A model generated the notes under the pieces. It did not search any database and was not told where the DNA came from. It was given only the letters and a program-made list of their open reading frames with translations. DNA of 63,588 nucleotides, the filler included, from Bigelowiella natans CCMP2755 (taxonomy: Eukaryota > Protista > Cercozoa): assembly GCA_000320545.1 (NCBI GenBank). It is 5 parts of 5 records of this genome, joined end to end, with 100 filler letters (N's around TTAATTAATTAA, not from the genome) between each part and the next. Parts side by side here need not be neighbours in the genome. Positions count along the whole stretch, not along the records: positions 27,472 to 49,006 come from ADNK01001515.1; positions 49,107 to 59,414 come from ADNK01003248.1; 3 more parts are not named here. One strand, given 5' to 3'. Position 1 is the first letter of the stretch. Each line of letters starts with the position of its first letter. Of the stretch, positions 35,470-49,388 are shown in pieces. The position numbers were made by a program, and so were the translations under genes.

Positions 35470-36970
35470 CAACACAATATCCCTCCTTCCTTTCTTGGAT
35501 AATAATGGCACCACAGGTTAAAGGACAAAATTCATAGACACCACCTGGACGATGGCAATTAGCTCCTTTATCACGCCTTTCACCACCATGTAGAAGAGAA
35601 TAAGGTAGTTTTGGGTGCAGATGTGCATGATGAGTCGAGCAACGGCGGAAAGGAGAGGCGCATCATGCCTTTGCCCCAAAAGCTAAATACAACAAATATT
35701 TGTGGTTCAAGAATCAGAAAGTACAATATAACGATAAACATGAGTAGCTCCAAACTACTATTGGTGCGGGATATCTAAGTTCCGTGGCATGAATTCATTA
35801 TTAATATCGAAACGTTGTTCCGAATGATAAATGCAACCCCAAGAGTTTGTATTCTCACCTGCGGGCCTAGTAAGTTGACCAATTTGTCAAGGAAGTACGT
35901 CTTTGAAAGCTTCATAATTGATTCATCGTCGCGGCTCTTGGAGATTACCGTCTCGAGGAAAGTCACAGCAGCCTGAACCAACTCGCGACTAGGGCTCGTG
36001 TAAATCTGTGTTTGTGTGAGTGGGAATTAGAAGACATAAAGTGCGTTCCAGTCTCGTTCGCAATAAATCTCTCTTCGTTTTCTTCTTATTCTTCTTCTCA
36101 ATATTCTTCTTATTATTATTCTTCTTCTCCTGCTTCATCCCTTTCTCCACTTACCACGTGCATCGCTATTTCGACTCCTTTATTTTCCACTATCGTGCGT
36201 GCTGGGGCCCCAACCTTCGCAATGGCTACCAAAGCCTGACCAAAATTATCTTACTGACAATACTGATGAATATGAAATGACGATTGAGTTTATGAAGAAG
36301 AGGCGATTAGAATGATGGCATCGATCATAGTCTCCAATGTAGTCTATGTCAAAAACAATCTTACCTGGAAGGCGTAGGTCTGCGCGTATGCATTGCCCAT
36401 GTGAGCAAGTACGAGCAAAGGCGTGATCAACTTTGGAATATCGTGCTGAGGGTGAGAGTGAAAAAACTTCAGTTAATCTCATCAACTCTGCTTTGGAGAA
36501 GCAAGCAGCTGTAGCACCGCGCTCTTGTGCAAGGATATAACCTGGTTTTTCCGCCTGATCTTGCGACAAACAGCTCTGACAATGTCCAGATTGCTTGCTT
36601 TGCGGTACAGTAAGTTCTTGAGGAGTTCCTGTTACCAACAAATATCAATAAAGAATATCGTGCAGTATGTTCTGTCCAAAAGATAGTATGTTCTTGTAAA
36701 AGTTTTCCAGTGATTGAACTTGCTGTTACCGTGAGTTGATAGGCGTCCTTCCCCTCATTGAGTCTTTCAAAATAGCTCGCAGAAAGAAGCTTTAAAAGCA
36801 CCACCTCGTTGCACTCCATATGAGACTTATCACATAAAAAAATAATATCAAAGTAGGATAGTAAATATACTATATCCGTTTTAACTTTAGGAGATACAGA
36901 GAACCACTGAACATAATACCAAGGAGATTGAGAATCATATTTAAAAAAATAGGGAGAAATATTATATACA

Positions 36971-37037
<67 letters not shown>

Positions 37038-38356
37038 CCAAGAGGGAATTGAGATAGAGCTGTAGTTTATTTGTATTACGATGAGATTTTGGTCGCTAAT
37101 TTGATCGAGAACGGAATCAGGCTGCTCGGAGATCCCACCACGTTTATGCATGTAGAGTAAGAACGCAATCACCCTATTAAATTATCAGTAGATTCAATCC
37201 CCAGAAGTATCACTAAGCAGCCCTTGGCCATTTCATTGTATATTTTTGGTGATAATCAGTACTTGATTCCAAAATACTCATGATACAGATCTTATTATTG
37301 AGCAAACAAGGTACTGCTGCCTACCTTATGGCAAGATGCCTTATTCTGTGCTGAGAGTGATCCAGATTTGGTTGACAGTCTGGCCAACTTCACGATGGTG
37401 ATGTGGGAAGGCATGTAGCAATCAACCACATGCGCGAAGTACTTTGACACACGTGACCTCCAATTGTTGAGCAAGATAGTTTTAATCTTCGGAGAGACTT
37501 TTTGTTCTTCCAGCATCACTGTTGCGCTAGCCTCAAATCTCTTTATAATCGACAAAGGGTCGTTCACGGCCGCCATTATCTTATTTGCTTCCTTTTTCAT
37601 CTGGAAAAGTTGGACGTATCAATTTACATTAGGATAATATCACCGCCATAACCGCCACTGTCACCATCACGCCACTACCAAACGTCATAAAATTTACTTT
37701 TCAGTGCAAAAAGATGTTAAGTACAAAAATGTTACGAATTTATAAAAATTATCATTGCATGATACCGCAGCGGTGCTTTTCCCATCATGTTTACTGTCCT
37801 TACTGCTCACCTAAATCCGGAGGAGTGGCAAAAATCACCACAATATCTAAAAATCAGATCTAATAATGAATAATGGGTCAACGTGGCTATCCCTCTTACA
37901 TGACCAGATTCTCTCCTTTTTCACTCAGACACACGCTTCACAGGCACACCCACGAATATCGTAGTTAAGTACGTTATATGCGTAATTGTAATTAGTAATA
38001 TACAGAGAAAATATACATATAAATGAGTAACGAAATGCGCTTCTAATATAATACCTTTCCATCATAGGCTGCTTTACAGGTGCTGCGGCAGAATTGCTCT
38101 GCAAGCAGATGGCATTCCTTCCCATTGAACCTAGCGCAAGACAACATCATCATTTATCGTCTGGAAGCACCGCAATGGTTAGCTCTGTACATACGTCATT
38201 CTCGGAAGAATTTTGAAGGCTGGTCGATTTCGTAGCCACGAGTAAACATCATGGTTGTAGAGGAGAGCGTTTGCCTACAAATGATGCAACACGAATTACA
38301 ACAAGAAGAAGGTTAGCAAAGTGCGAATAGGCGGGGGAAATAATTCTATGCAGGTA

Positions 38357-38429
<73 letters not shown>

Positions 38430-38701
38430 TTGGGGGGGGGGGGGGAACAAAGTAATCATACACAAAATTTCACACACTTGCGCAGGGTCTACAAAAAATA
38501 AAGCATCTCACCTGCTGCTGGATAATGAACTTGTCTATGTAAGTGGGGTGAGATTCCTGCGGCGGTTCCTTAAACATCTTCGCCCAGTAGCTATCGGCTC
38601 GCCAATCCATCGCAGATGGTGACAATGTGTCCACCATGCGTTCCAGAGTCTAAATTGCATATTCGTTCCAACAGCATACGAATAAATGTATAAATATTTG
38701 C

Positions 38702-38739
<38 letters not shown>

Positions 38740-40239
38740 CTTACATTTTTTTCTTTGAATGTTTCGAAATTTGAAAATTTCTACGACACGACTAGCATTC
38801 ACCATAAAGATTACTCTAATAGTTAACCTCTGTACTAATACCGGCATGAAATTGACTTCGCTAACCCACTCCCCCATGTTATTTCGCCCTTTAAGGACGA
38901 AGATCATGTCTTGGAAACAGTCGATCAAAGGGGGGATAAACTTTCTGCGCACGCCAATCACACCTGTTGATTCGTTGATTCATCCATTACTTTCCAACAT
39001 CGAGGTAATGGAAAGTTGAATATTAGTGCTATTGCCATTATAACATACCAATTTCCCTGTGGGGTGTGTAGATGTGTAGTCTGAAGCAGTGATACATGCT
39101 TTCGTCCCCTGTAATGTTAATTTTCTTCCGATACACTCCGCGCTCTGGTATGAAGATCCTACAGTTTTATCAGGAAATAGGATACATATGTTAGCTTCCA
39201 TTCTTTGCTTGTGGATATATTTAATTGACTGCTTACTTATCACTAGAAATTCCTCCTTTGGAGCCTTCTTCCTGACGGACTTCATCCTGTGCCATCGCCC
39301 TGATGAGGAAAAGTATAGGAAATGTTCAATCTTTTATAGTCATTCATAAAATTCTATCCCACAATGTAGGAATAGCAGCAACAGCAGCAATAGCAGTAGC
39401 AGTTTAACTACCAGGCAACGCTCTCAACCCAGAGATGAAAATTCAAGTTTGAGTCCTGGTAGCAAATACGATCATTAAATACCAAGTTATTCTATCGCCA
39501 ATTCACAATAGAAAATATCTCACTCAAAGATAACTTGTAATGTGTTTCAGTTTGATCAAAACATGCAATTAAATTCCAATCTACAACTGTCGAAATTCTT
39601 AATATTACGGGCATAGAGGAGCGGATTGGTTTCTCGGGCATGACACGGACCAAAAGATGCTTGCGCTGAGGGAAAAGTTCATATGTTAATGAGTCATCCT
39701 CGATGATACATGCATAATTGGGTACTTTTTCAACAGAGAGCACGCCACCAGCAGCGTCGCTAGCAGGGAATGTGTATGTTGATGAGTGCCGGTTGTACAA
39801 ATTTGCCTGAGGTAAATAGAACGAAATTCTCTTTTTAGTATCGTACCTTATAATATCACATTCAGAGATTTAGTGTGAAAATCTACACTCTAACCATAGA
39901 AGTATCTTCCATTCGTTTTGGTCCGAGAAATAAGTAGCCGCATCTGTAGAACGGTTTCATATTTTCCTGTGATAAAGAAACAGTATTCTCTTAGACTCAA
40001 CAGTTGTCATTTCTGAAACATCGTGGATGGCATGAATAGCATTAACATGATCCCCATTGATGGCTCAGCGAAATCGACTTGTCGTCTTATACATTCAAAG
40101 TTTAAATTCAACGTGTGATTTCTTAGCGAGTATGATACCTTAAGTTCAGCTGGAATGGTGTTGAACATCATGATTGCTGGGTGTCTGAACTCAGGCCAAC
40201 CCTTAAAAACATTTTTATCACATATTAGTCAAACGCACA

Positions 40240-40282
<43 letters not shown>

Positions 40283-42086
40283 GCAGGTAACTATCCTCGA
40301 TCAGTCTAAAAGATCTGAGTCTGATGGTGACGCATTTGAATAAACACTCTTGCGAATAGATTCTAGTGAACAAATCGAGCATCTAAAGAAGGGACTCTAT
40401 TTTCAATTTGAGTATGTTTAATATTACATCTGGGATTTTCGTGGGGAACGGTTTCGGTTGAAGAAACTTTAGCCTGAAGGTTAATTGTGTGTGAGAGAGG
40501 GCGAGATGTCGTGCTTCAGTTTCTTTCAATTGCGGAACAACATTCTTGTTCATTATTTCAGAAAAGGAATCTCTGAAGTATATAATAAGAAAGTTAGCTA
40601 CTCGCTGCCGAAGCTGATCATAGCTGTATCATGTGAAATCTGCAGATCTTCGATTATCTGGAAGAAAAATTGACAATGAGAAGAATATCATATAATAGCC
40701 CAGAAAGGAGAGATAAACATTCGTACTGCGTGTGATGGATAAAGCACCTTTTTGCGATGGCAGCTACTCAACGCAATGAACGTGGGGATTGAAGGATTGC
40801 ATTTGTCGGCGGTGTACTTTATAAAAGGAAAACTAGTTAGAACCGTTTAGTATGACGTCTTCTACGAAATACTACTACTATTCTTACTACTACTGCTACT
40901 ACCCGATCAAAGGAAATTCCGAAACGATCAGCCAGAGTACTCGAAGTACTCACACTCAAAATGTCAGTCAAACGGAATGAGCATATGTATCCTGCGAATA
41001 AGTTAAAGATTAATTTTCTCCATATAATACCAACTGGCTGTCTGTATTACCTGGGATGGCGCCGTCCGTTTGGACTTCATCATCGAAGTTGTCCTCTTGT
41101 ATCTATAAGAAACATGATGATATTCAATTCGAACCAATGCGAGGAAGACTTAGGCGCTAATTCTGAATGACTACCTCGCCAAGTTTGGCGGTTTCTTCTT
41201 CTTTGAAGTCAGTGCTCTTAAGCTTCGCTTCCTCCTCCCTCTTCTTCGTCTCCTTCAAAGTCGCGATCTAAAAAGTTAATTATAATTTCATTCACTTCCA
41301 AACTTTGAGTAAATTGGTTCAAGAAATTGGGTTTTGATTTGAAAAATAAAAAGAAATCAAAGTCATCGCGCCATCTTCCACCTCCTCGGAATAGCTCTGG
41401 TCTTTAATCCGACGAATATCGAGGAAAAACACGTGAGTTTTGGAGCAAACCTGTACGAGGGATACGTACGTAAGGAGATACCAGCTTCTATTTCATATTT
41501 GCAAATACCATATAGCATTCGCAGACACCAGGCTTCCACTTGACTTTGCCATGGGTGTCTAGATCTGGAACCTCCTGGTTCTCGTCGTCGTCCTCTCCGC
41601 TCTAGTTGAGATGCAACCAATTAGATACGATACAGTGTGTGAAACAAAGACCAAATCGATCCAACTTTTGGTATTGGAAAATGCTAAAAACCTGCATCTT
41701 GATAGTATAGTCTTCTAAGATTTTTCCGGCCTGGTCAGTTCATACAAAAACTCATTATATTTGTCAAACTCACGCAAATCATGTGCTTGGACCTGCTGAA
41801 TTGACTTCGTTCTACTGTGATAATCCGCTCCTACATCGTTCTGGTTGATGAAAAGAACCTAAAGAAATAAAATTTGGAATTAGCTTCGATCGGCATGGGC
41901 TGGATTTCAGAGGCAGTAAATTCATTCTATGTGGCAAACCATTCAGAAAGTCTCAATTGTTCAACGTACGCTTACGGCAGCAAGCACTACTATGCGAAAG
42001 CAGAATCGTACCTTGTGGAAGACATTTAGGTCCTGAATGCCCGTGAGTTTGGATAAGGCCTTCAGGGCAATGATCCTCGACACCAT
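34359..42086 (-). CDS. Large multi-exon hypothetical protein with an ARM/HEAT-like helical C-terminal region
   Basis: Many GT-AG bounded minus-strand exons from MVSRIIALKALSKLTGIQDLNVFHK to VAVDDIDDEDDSQAGRSSIG*. Helical repeats such as LDKLVNLLGPQ|LLGQRHDAPLLSAVARLIMHIC..MVVKGVIKELIAIV. Could be two genes. Confidence 0.55.
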
Positions 42087-42769
42087 TGAGGTTAGTACTC
42101 CCGAGGATATGGGATGGATCCGTCAAATGGAGGGGCGATGATTCTCGCTCGTTTCAGACAACGCGATTGTCTAGATAATATTATGGCTACATGCTTTAAA
42201 CGCAGGAGGAAAAATGGAAAAATATCCTTATTAACATGACGCATTGTAAAAAAAGCAGATTCCTGATTTTAGTTCCAAAGAGAAATGTGACTGATTCTCC
42301 AAAGCTCTCAAAAATAAGATATTTTCTGCGACAAAGAGAACTTAAGGACAGCGAATCACACGTAGTTAGATATTTGAGACCTTTCATGGGAACGAAATTC
42401 TGGCGAAAACACATGGAATTCTTATAAGAATTCTAAAACAGAGTGGGATTACTAATATTAGAAGAGTGTGTTCGCGATCAATTTGCTTGGCCGTTTGGCC
42501 AATGTAGCACAAAATTCGTACAAATTGTGGCTGGTTCTGATCGAAATTCGCATCATCATACTCGTATTTATCTGAATCGTAACTCTGAAACTCAGGTCCT
42601 CTTTGAGCTCAGTATCTACCTATGAATTAAGAAATAGGGCCTAATCACGACAAATTCGACTCGCACTTGGCTTTCTTATGCAGAATTGCGGACAACAAAC
42701 AAATCGATCCGCCTTCTTGATGCTTATACGACAGCGTTGGTAACGCAGGTGCTCATGCAATGTTCAGAA

Positions 42770-44764
42770 AATGGAAAACCGCATGCATTTTGCTCCTTCT
42801 GGGTTAATACCGGCACTTACAGGACGGTGCCTCAAGCCTGCGTCCACATCGAACCTGTGAGGTGGTGGTTGGAGCCCTTGACACCTAGAGTAAAATATGT
42901 CCTGCTTCAACAAGCCACCACCGCTCCAAGTAATTTGCACCATCCTATGGAGGGATATAAAGAGCGAGTTGAAACGTGATAAGTTCGCGATGACGATGAC
43001 TCAATACGAGGTGAGAAAATTTAACAAGGAGTTGGCCAATCATACAGATTTTTCTTTGCATAGCTGGATTTGTTCGGAAGATCTGTGTATCGATGGGTGT
43101 CGCCTACACTTTGGGCACTTTGGAGAACCTTCGCTGCGCTAGCTTCACTCGGAGTATGAATTTATTCTAAATTCTCTACTGTCTCTGGATAACCTGTAGT
43201 CGTTCAGATCATGGTGGCAAGCATCACTACCGATATTCTAATTGGAATTGGCCCATGGCAAGAAAACCTTTTCAACATGAAATTAAATTTCAACACATAA
43301 ATACGTATTACTAAATTAAGATATCTGAATGACTGAATAATGTCACTAGGTGGCCGATTTATTTGACGACATGGTCGATCACTATCGAGGTAGTACAACC
43401 CCTAACAATACTTGTTCGTTTCAAATGAACTACGTGTTATACAGACGGTATACTTCATTTTGGCTGCATCTGTGTCTTGGAAATATGGATTCAATGAAAC
43501 TACCACCACACAAAAGGATAAAGATTCGAAAGTCCAGGTGCAAAAGCATCTGCTACGCTTACGTTGTATGATAGTCATTGTATCTTTTCCCTCCTAGTTG
43601 AAGCCATCGAATCTCATATGGTGGACATGGCTGCTTCAAAATTTAATTTATGGGTGTCAATATTCCAGAGTATACGACAACATTAGAGGCACTTACGATT
43701 TTTTTCCAGGCTCTCTATCGGTGTTGCGGTTATTTATTGGTTTGGAGTCGGAGTAAAATAATCTTAGAACATTCGATGACAAAAGAAACCTTAAGTTCAC
43801 ATCATCTCGTGATATCTTACCAGGGCTTCAATGTCGTCAGCTTCTTGTTACACGGTGTAAATGCGATTTTGACAGTTATCGACGTCGGAGTGTCTGCATC
43901 TCCATATAGGTTTCCCCCCTCGCACATAACAGCTTTTGATATATCTGAGTTTGAACACATATGTGTGTGTGTAAATGTCCCTCAGACTCGCTCATGTGTA
44001 CCAGCCTTTGATTTTAGCTCTAGTGTATTCAATATGGACCATTATCCATGCTTACGCAAGGATCGACAACGGCCATTTGGTTGATAGCATCAACAAAAGT
44101 GTACCGTGAATGCCGTAATTTGATTTCCCCCTTCCATACCAACAATATACACTACGGTGCATCTTTCCCCTTTGACACAGGATGGAATTTACATTTACGA
44201 GTTTCTGGATTATGATCGAGATCCAAGGGCATGGGCCCTATTGTTCATTACATTCCCCGTTACGGTTTGAATACAGAATTTGCTATGCATTGGATTTTAA
44301 TGATTATTTGTCAATCCCAGGTTCCCGGGCTTTATATTATCTCTTGGTTAATTAACTGGGTTGTCGATGCTCATGGTAGAGCCACAATTCTCCCACCTCT
44401 CTCTCCAATTTGCTTCATTGTGCGTTGGTTTTGGTCAGGAGTATGGTCCAGCTGGGATTCAAATACGAGAAGAGGAATTGTCAAAGGTTTGCATGTCTGG
44501 ATTTGTTGCGTGCTTTTCTTCGATCTTTCCATCAAAACAGTTTTTCTAATCTCGATTCCACTGCTTTCAGCTATTACAGAAACTAAAATGAGTATGAAGG
44601 AAGGGAAGGAAATACAGGAAGACGAGGTTGAGATCAAAGCTGATCCATCAAGCCCTGCAAACATCGGAGGTAAGGATATCGAAAAACAGGAAATTTCCCA
44701 TCAAATGATATCCAATAAAAGCATGGAACAGAGAAGCACCACCGCAAATTTAGATGAAAACTGA
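42770..44764 (+). CDS. Rolling-stone / FAR-17a-AIG1-like multi-pass membrane protein
   Basis: TVYFILAASVS; SFLLHGVNAILTVIDVGVSASPYR|LAHVYQPLILALVYSIWTIIHAY..|GIYIYEFLDY. The HGxN and YIYxxLD motifs are typical of the family. Confidence 0.7.
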
Positions 44765-45783
44765 CAGCTATCTGGATAAATAACACCATAAGTTTACAAG
44801 GTTACCCTACCTGAAAGTGGTTTTCACAGCGCTCAATTTTGAGAGAAACAAATCAGCAATTTTTGATTAACACTTTGCATCTTTGCCGGCCCTTACAATC
44901 ATATTACAAATCTACTACATCATAATTATGGAATACCTACTATATCAATGCATGCCTTGATCATTTGAAGCTGAGCTGGCGTAGTGGTATCCATCGAAAA
45001 TACAAACGGTGAAGCGCATTTCATCATTCAGATGCATGTTTGCCTGCTGTGCTCGCATAAAGAGAAATCACAGTAATGCCTTATTTACGCATTTGAGCTG
45101 CATACGACACAATGCTGAAGACATTAGACGCACTTAGCTATAGTTAGACATAGTAAGTGCAAACTAAGGGCTCTTGCATTGCAAAGATCAGCATAACATC
45201 AGAACGGGACACGTACATGCCATTGCGCAAAAACGAACCGATTCGTGCATTTCTCGGCTCTCGGCATGAATGTGAAGTGATAGACACTCATGTACTGCAT
45301 CGCCTATGATCGCCAGGAATACTCTTGTCTCTGTTTTTACGCAGTTGCTGCGATGCGGCAGTATGTCAAGCTAGCTAGATATGGTACGGTACGTGCGATA
45401 CTCGCAGGCGCTAAGAATTGCGACATTTTAGCTAATCAACATGGCACCAGTAGTTGATAAATACGCACACATGTTGCTATCCATGCCCACTTTCAAGCAA
45501 GCGATGATCTTAATTTCGTAACTTTGCGAACATGAATATGTACTTATAATCGACTTTGACAACGATTTGAAATAATGTACCGATTAACGGCCTACGCTAG
45601 TACGTATCTCGTGTCATACTAACATCGGCCTCGCGTCATGATAAAATTAAGCCCCCAGGTGGAACAATATCAGATATGTAATGAAATGACTAATAAAAAC
45701 TCGGTCGATGCTGCGCTGAGCAGGAATAACTACAACGCCGATATTTCGGCAAATATTTGCTAATGTACTGTAAAATGGAAAAT

Positions 45784-46810
45784 CTATGACTGGACCACGC
45801 CTGGGGTCCCCCCTCTCTGCTCATCCAACATCACCTCAGCGACGACGTCCTCCTCCATCTTGCCACGTGTACTGCTAACGTAGCAAGTCCATAATGCGCT
45901 CACAAGACTCACAAACGGAACTCGGAACCACATCGGACTGAGGCCAAAGTTGATAAATTGAGCCGGAACCCACACAGCCCAGATAGCTGGGAGATCTTCA
46001 TGAGCGTTCTGAACGATCCATGAGAAGAAACGAAACGGGAAGATTCAGATTCGGAGGTAGGTGTTAATTAAGATGTCTTCTTGTTTTGTCACCTTCCTGT
46101 AGTTTGCGAATCCGTCGCGAAAAAAGTTTTGGTTTCCCTTCAACATTTCCTTTATCGAGTAGTAAATTGGAAAGTAGATAAGTGCATTGTTGATGCCATT
46201 TTCAATAAACACTTGAATTCCTAGATCTCGTAAGCCCCTGGTACAACAATATAACAGTCAGCGAAATTTGTGGAGTATCAAACTAGGTTCCGGGAGGAAA
46301 CACCACCTGCGATCACGTAGCTTCTCCCCAATCGGCTTGTTGATAAACTTGGGAACATCAGGGAATAAGCGCGGAAAAGATTTCACAAAGAGAAAGTATT
46401 GCCAACAGCCACAGAAAAGGAATCCAAACGTGGTGAAGACACCCACTCGGCGCCAGTCAATCTTCTTCTGTTTCTCGACGTATCTGCATTTAGATGACAA
46501 CACACACATGAGTAAGGGTAACATGCGTGTAGATTTGCTCGCAATAGCCCGAAACATCACAGGTTCTCTGCGAGCTACGTAGTCGCTCCAAGTTGTAACT
46601 TAAATCTTGACATTTGGTCATACATCGTTTGAACCCATCCTCTTTAGTAACTCCCCCATATCATCTAGCGTAGCAAATTATTTACTTTTGCACCATGAAG
46701 TCGGCTCCACCGGTTTTTATCGCTGCAGTGACAACCCCAAAAACAAAGGGATGGCGTCTGGGGATGGCGAGCACCGGATCCACAAACCGGGTGATTATAG
46801 CAAAATTCAT
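45784..46810 (-). CDS. Mpv17/PMP22 family membrane protein
   Basis: RHPFVFGVVTAAIKTGGADFMVQ|KYVEKQKKIDWRRVGVFTTFGFLFCGCWQY..WAVWVPAQFINFGLSPMWFRVPFVSLVSALWTCYVS. Confidence 0.9.
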
Positions 46811-47515
46811 ATCCAATTTTCACAAGTAACTCGAATTTCGTATCCCACAATATGCTTGGGGGCTCGAAATAATGAGCAATCTATTGTGCAAACTCGGGCT
46901 GGAAGATGTGCAGCGCCTGAGGAGATTTTTTGAATGTGCCCGATTTCAGAAAATGTACAATTCGTTTCATCGAAGGCAGAGCTCTAATTTCTTCTAATAC
47001 CTGTTTTTCCCTTTGAATGTTCTAACCTCGGAGATCTTATTGTTTCAGAGAATTTCAGTAAAAGCAGTCAGCCCGGGGGGGTTCCAAAATTGACTGTGAC
47101 TTCTGTTCGCTATGTTGTTATTGTTGTAGCCGATATGTAGAAATAGAGTTTTTTTAGCTATTTTTTACCCCTTGAATAACTAACAAAACTAACTGTGTTG
47201 TCTTTAGTCAAGGATGCGACTAGAATAACTAACTAAATAACATTTGTTGGGCAGCCAAACACGCGAATTCAAACGGCAACGACTGACTAATCATCGTGAG
47301 ATGCGTTCTGACAATTTCGAAGTTCGCTTTGTAGATTTTCCTTTGCAGTATTTGGACGACAAGAAAGTGGTAATCCACAGTATAAAATAAGTTCTCCTTG
47401 TTGTTGTAGTAGGAGTTGTTGTTTGAGTTGTTGTCGTATGAAATGATCATCTTCGGAACCCATCCTCCTCCTCCCTCGGAAAGTAGAAGAAGCCGTGCAG
47501 AAAATTCCTGGGATC

Positions 47516-48945
47516 ATGGAAGGGGCAGAACAGGCAAACGCGGACACAAGCAACATGCTTCAGACTGAGATAGTCATCGCGCGCACCCGAGAGTCGAAGG
47601 TCCTTGATATGGCAAGTATCAAGGATGGTGATCGAGCGAAACCGAAGGGCCGAAGAAGGAAGACCCGGAGTCCAAGCCCGAGGAAAATGAATTATCCTTT
47701 GCTTCTAAAGGAAATAAGGAGGAAACGTGGCTTGACAAAGGAACAATTCTACACTCTGAGAAAGGCAATAAAAGCACAATGCCGCACATTGATGAATGTG
47801 AAGAGAAAGCCAACGGAGCAGGTTGTGAGACGTTAAAAGAACTTTTACCACTCGCAATGTCTAAATTTGGTTGCGCTGTGGAATTTGTTCGAGCAGGAAA
47901 CATCCCGCGCGAAGGGCCTAAATCCTTGGACACAGCGCCTTCCTAACATGCATTGTTTCTTTTACACAAGAAATGAGAGATTGGAACGCAAGGTGAATGT
48001 CGAAGCTGCTGCGCTCGCAAAGGATCCAAATAGCTTGGAGCAGTGGTTGTCTAAGAAAATGGCCAAAATTCCCGCTCATTCACATGTGACAGATGTTCCG
48101 CTACTAGAAGCCCTAGCACGATCTCTTGGCAACCCCTTAAATTTGAGATGCCTCTTAGAATCTATCCTACAAGATGAAAGTCTCGTAAAGGAAATAGCAT
48201 CACGGTCTTACCACCAAGATCTATTTGACAAACTGGTTATCTTCTCTGGAACTCACTGGAAGCTGCGGATGCACATCTTCGAATCGGAGACTTTCAAAGG
48301 TAAAGCCAGAGATTGCGTTGTTTCATCGGATATGTGATCTTATTTGTACGTTAAATGTGCTATCCTCCGCGAAATACAGAGGCTCAAGAGGAAATTCATA
48401 GTCATAGGGATCATTTTGTCAGTTATTGCGTCTATGGGGGTCTGAGTCAGCAAATATGGGAGGAAATACATGGCACTGGAGGTAATGAAGAAGACGTTGG
48501 GACGGATGATGATGATGACGGCACCAAGGGAGAAATAGAGTCTGCTAGCATTCTTCCTCGTTATCACAAATATGCTTACGATCCAACGATGGACGGAGAC
48601 ACGCGAGTATTTAGAATACAGCATATGGGCGAGGTTACGTTAGGCCCAGTTGATGAAGAGCAGAAATCCAGTCAAGGAAAGACTTACTACATGCACCCCA
48701 GCGTTCTGCATTCCGTCGAAGGTATCGAGGGGAAAACCGTCACTCTGGTGCTGAACAAGCGTGCATCCGAAAAAAGCTGTTTTGCATCCCCTCGAAAATG
48801 GGAGGAACAGTTTGTGAGGAAGAAAATTTCCCCGGTGAAGTTGACAAGCTGTTTGAAGGAGGTCTTGGAGTTAATGAAAACAGTTCAGCAGACACATGCT
48901 GCTGAGGGCAAATTCACAAGAAAAATCGCAAACAAGGACAGATAG
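47516..48945 (+). CDS. Cupin-fold (cysteine-dioxygenase-like) protein with a basic N-terminal region
   Basis: IASRSYHQDLFDKLVIF..WKLRMHIF|..EEIHSHRDHFVSYCVYGGL..GKTYYMHPSVLHSV..TVTLVL, i.e. cupin HxH plus a distal His. Confidence 0.65.
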
Positions 48946-49006
48946 CACTAGCTGGCCTACACGTCGAGTTCTGGGCATTTCATTACTTGATTGCAATCAT
49001 TTTTTT

Positions 49007-49106
49007 NNNNNNNNNNNNNNNNNNNNNNNNNNNNNNNNNNNNNNNNNNNNTTAATTAATTAANNNNNNNNNNNNNNNNNNNNNNNNNNNNNNNNNNNNNN
49101 NNNNNN
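49007..49106. other. Assembly gap
   Basis: N pad with TTAATTAATTAA linker. Confidence 0.98.
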
Positions 49107-49213
49107 GCAGCAGCGCTTGCTATTGTTATATATTATCTAATTTTACTTCTTCTTCTTCTTCTTCTTCTCATGATAATTGTGATGATTGCTGCTGATTGGA
49201 TGATGTTCTCATT

Positions 49214-49246
<33 letters not shown>

Positions 49247-49287
49247 TGTGGGTGGGTGGGTGGGTGGCTGGGTGAGTGAGTGGCTAC

Positions 49288-49351
49288 CTGATGATCTGTC
49301 CCTCCAAACTTAACGAGGAACTTCAACTCGTAATTCGGCATCATCACGGTG

Positions 49352-49388
<37 letters not shown>

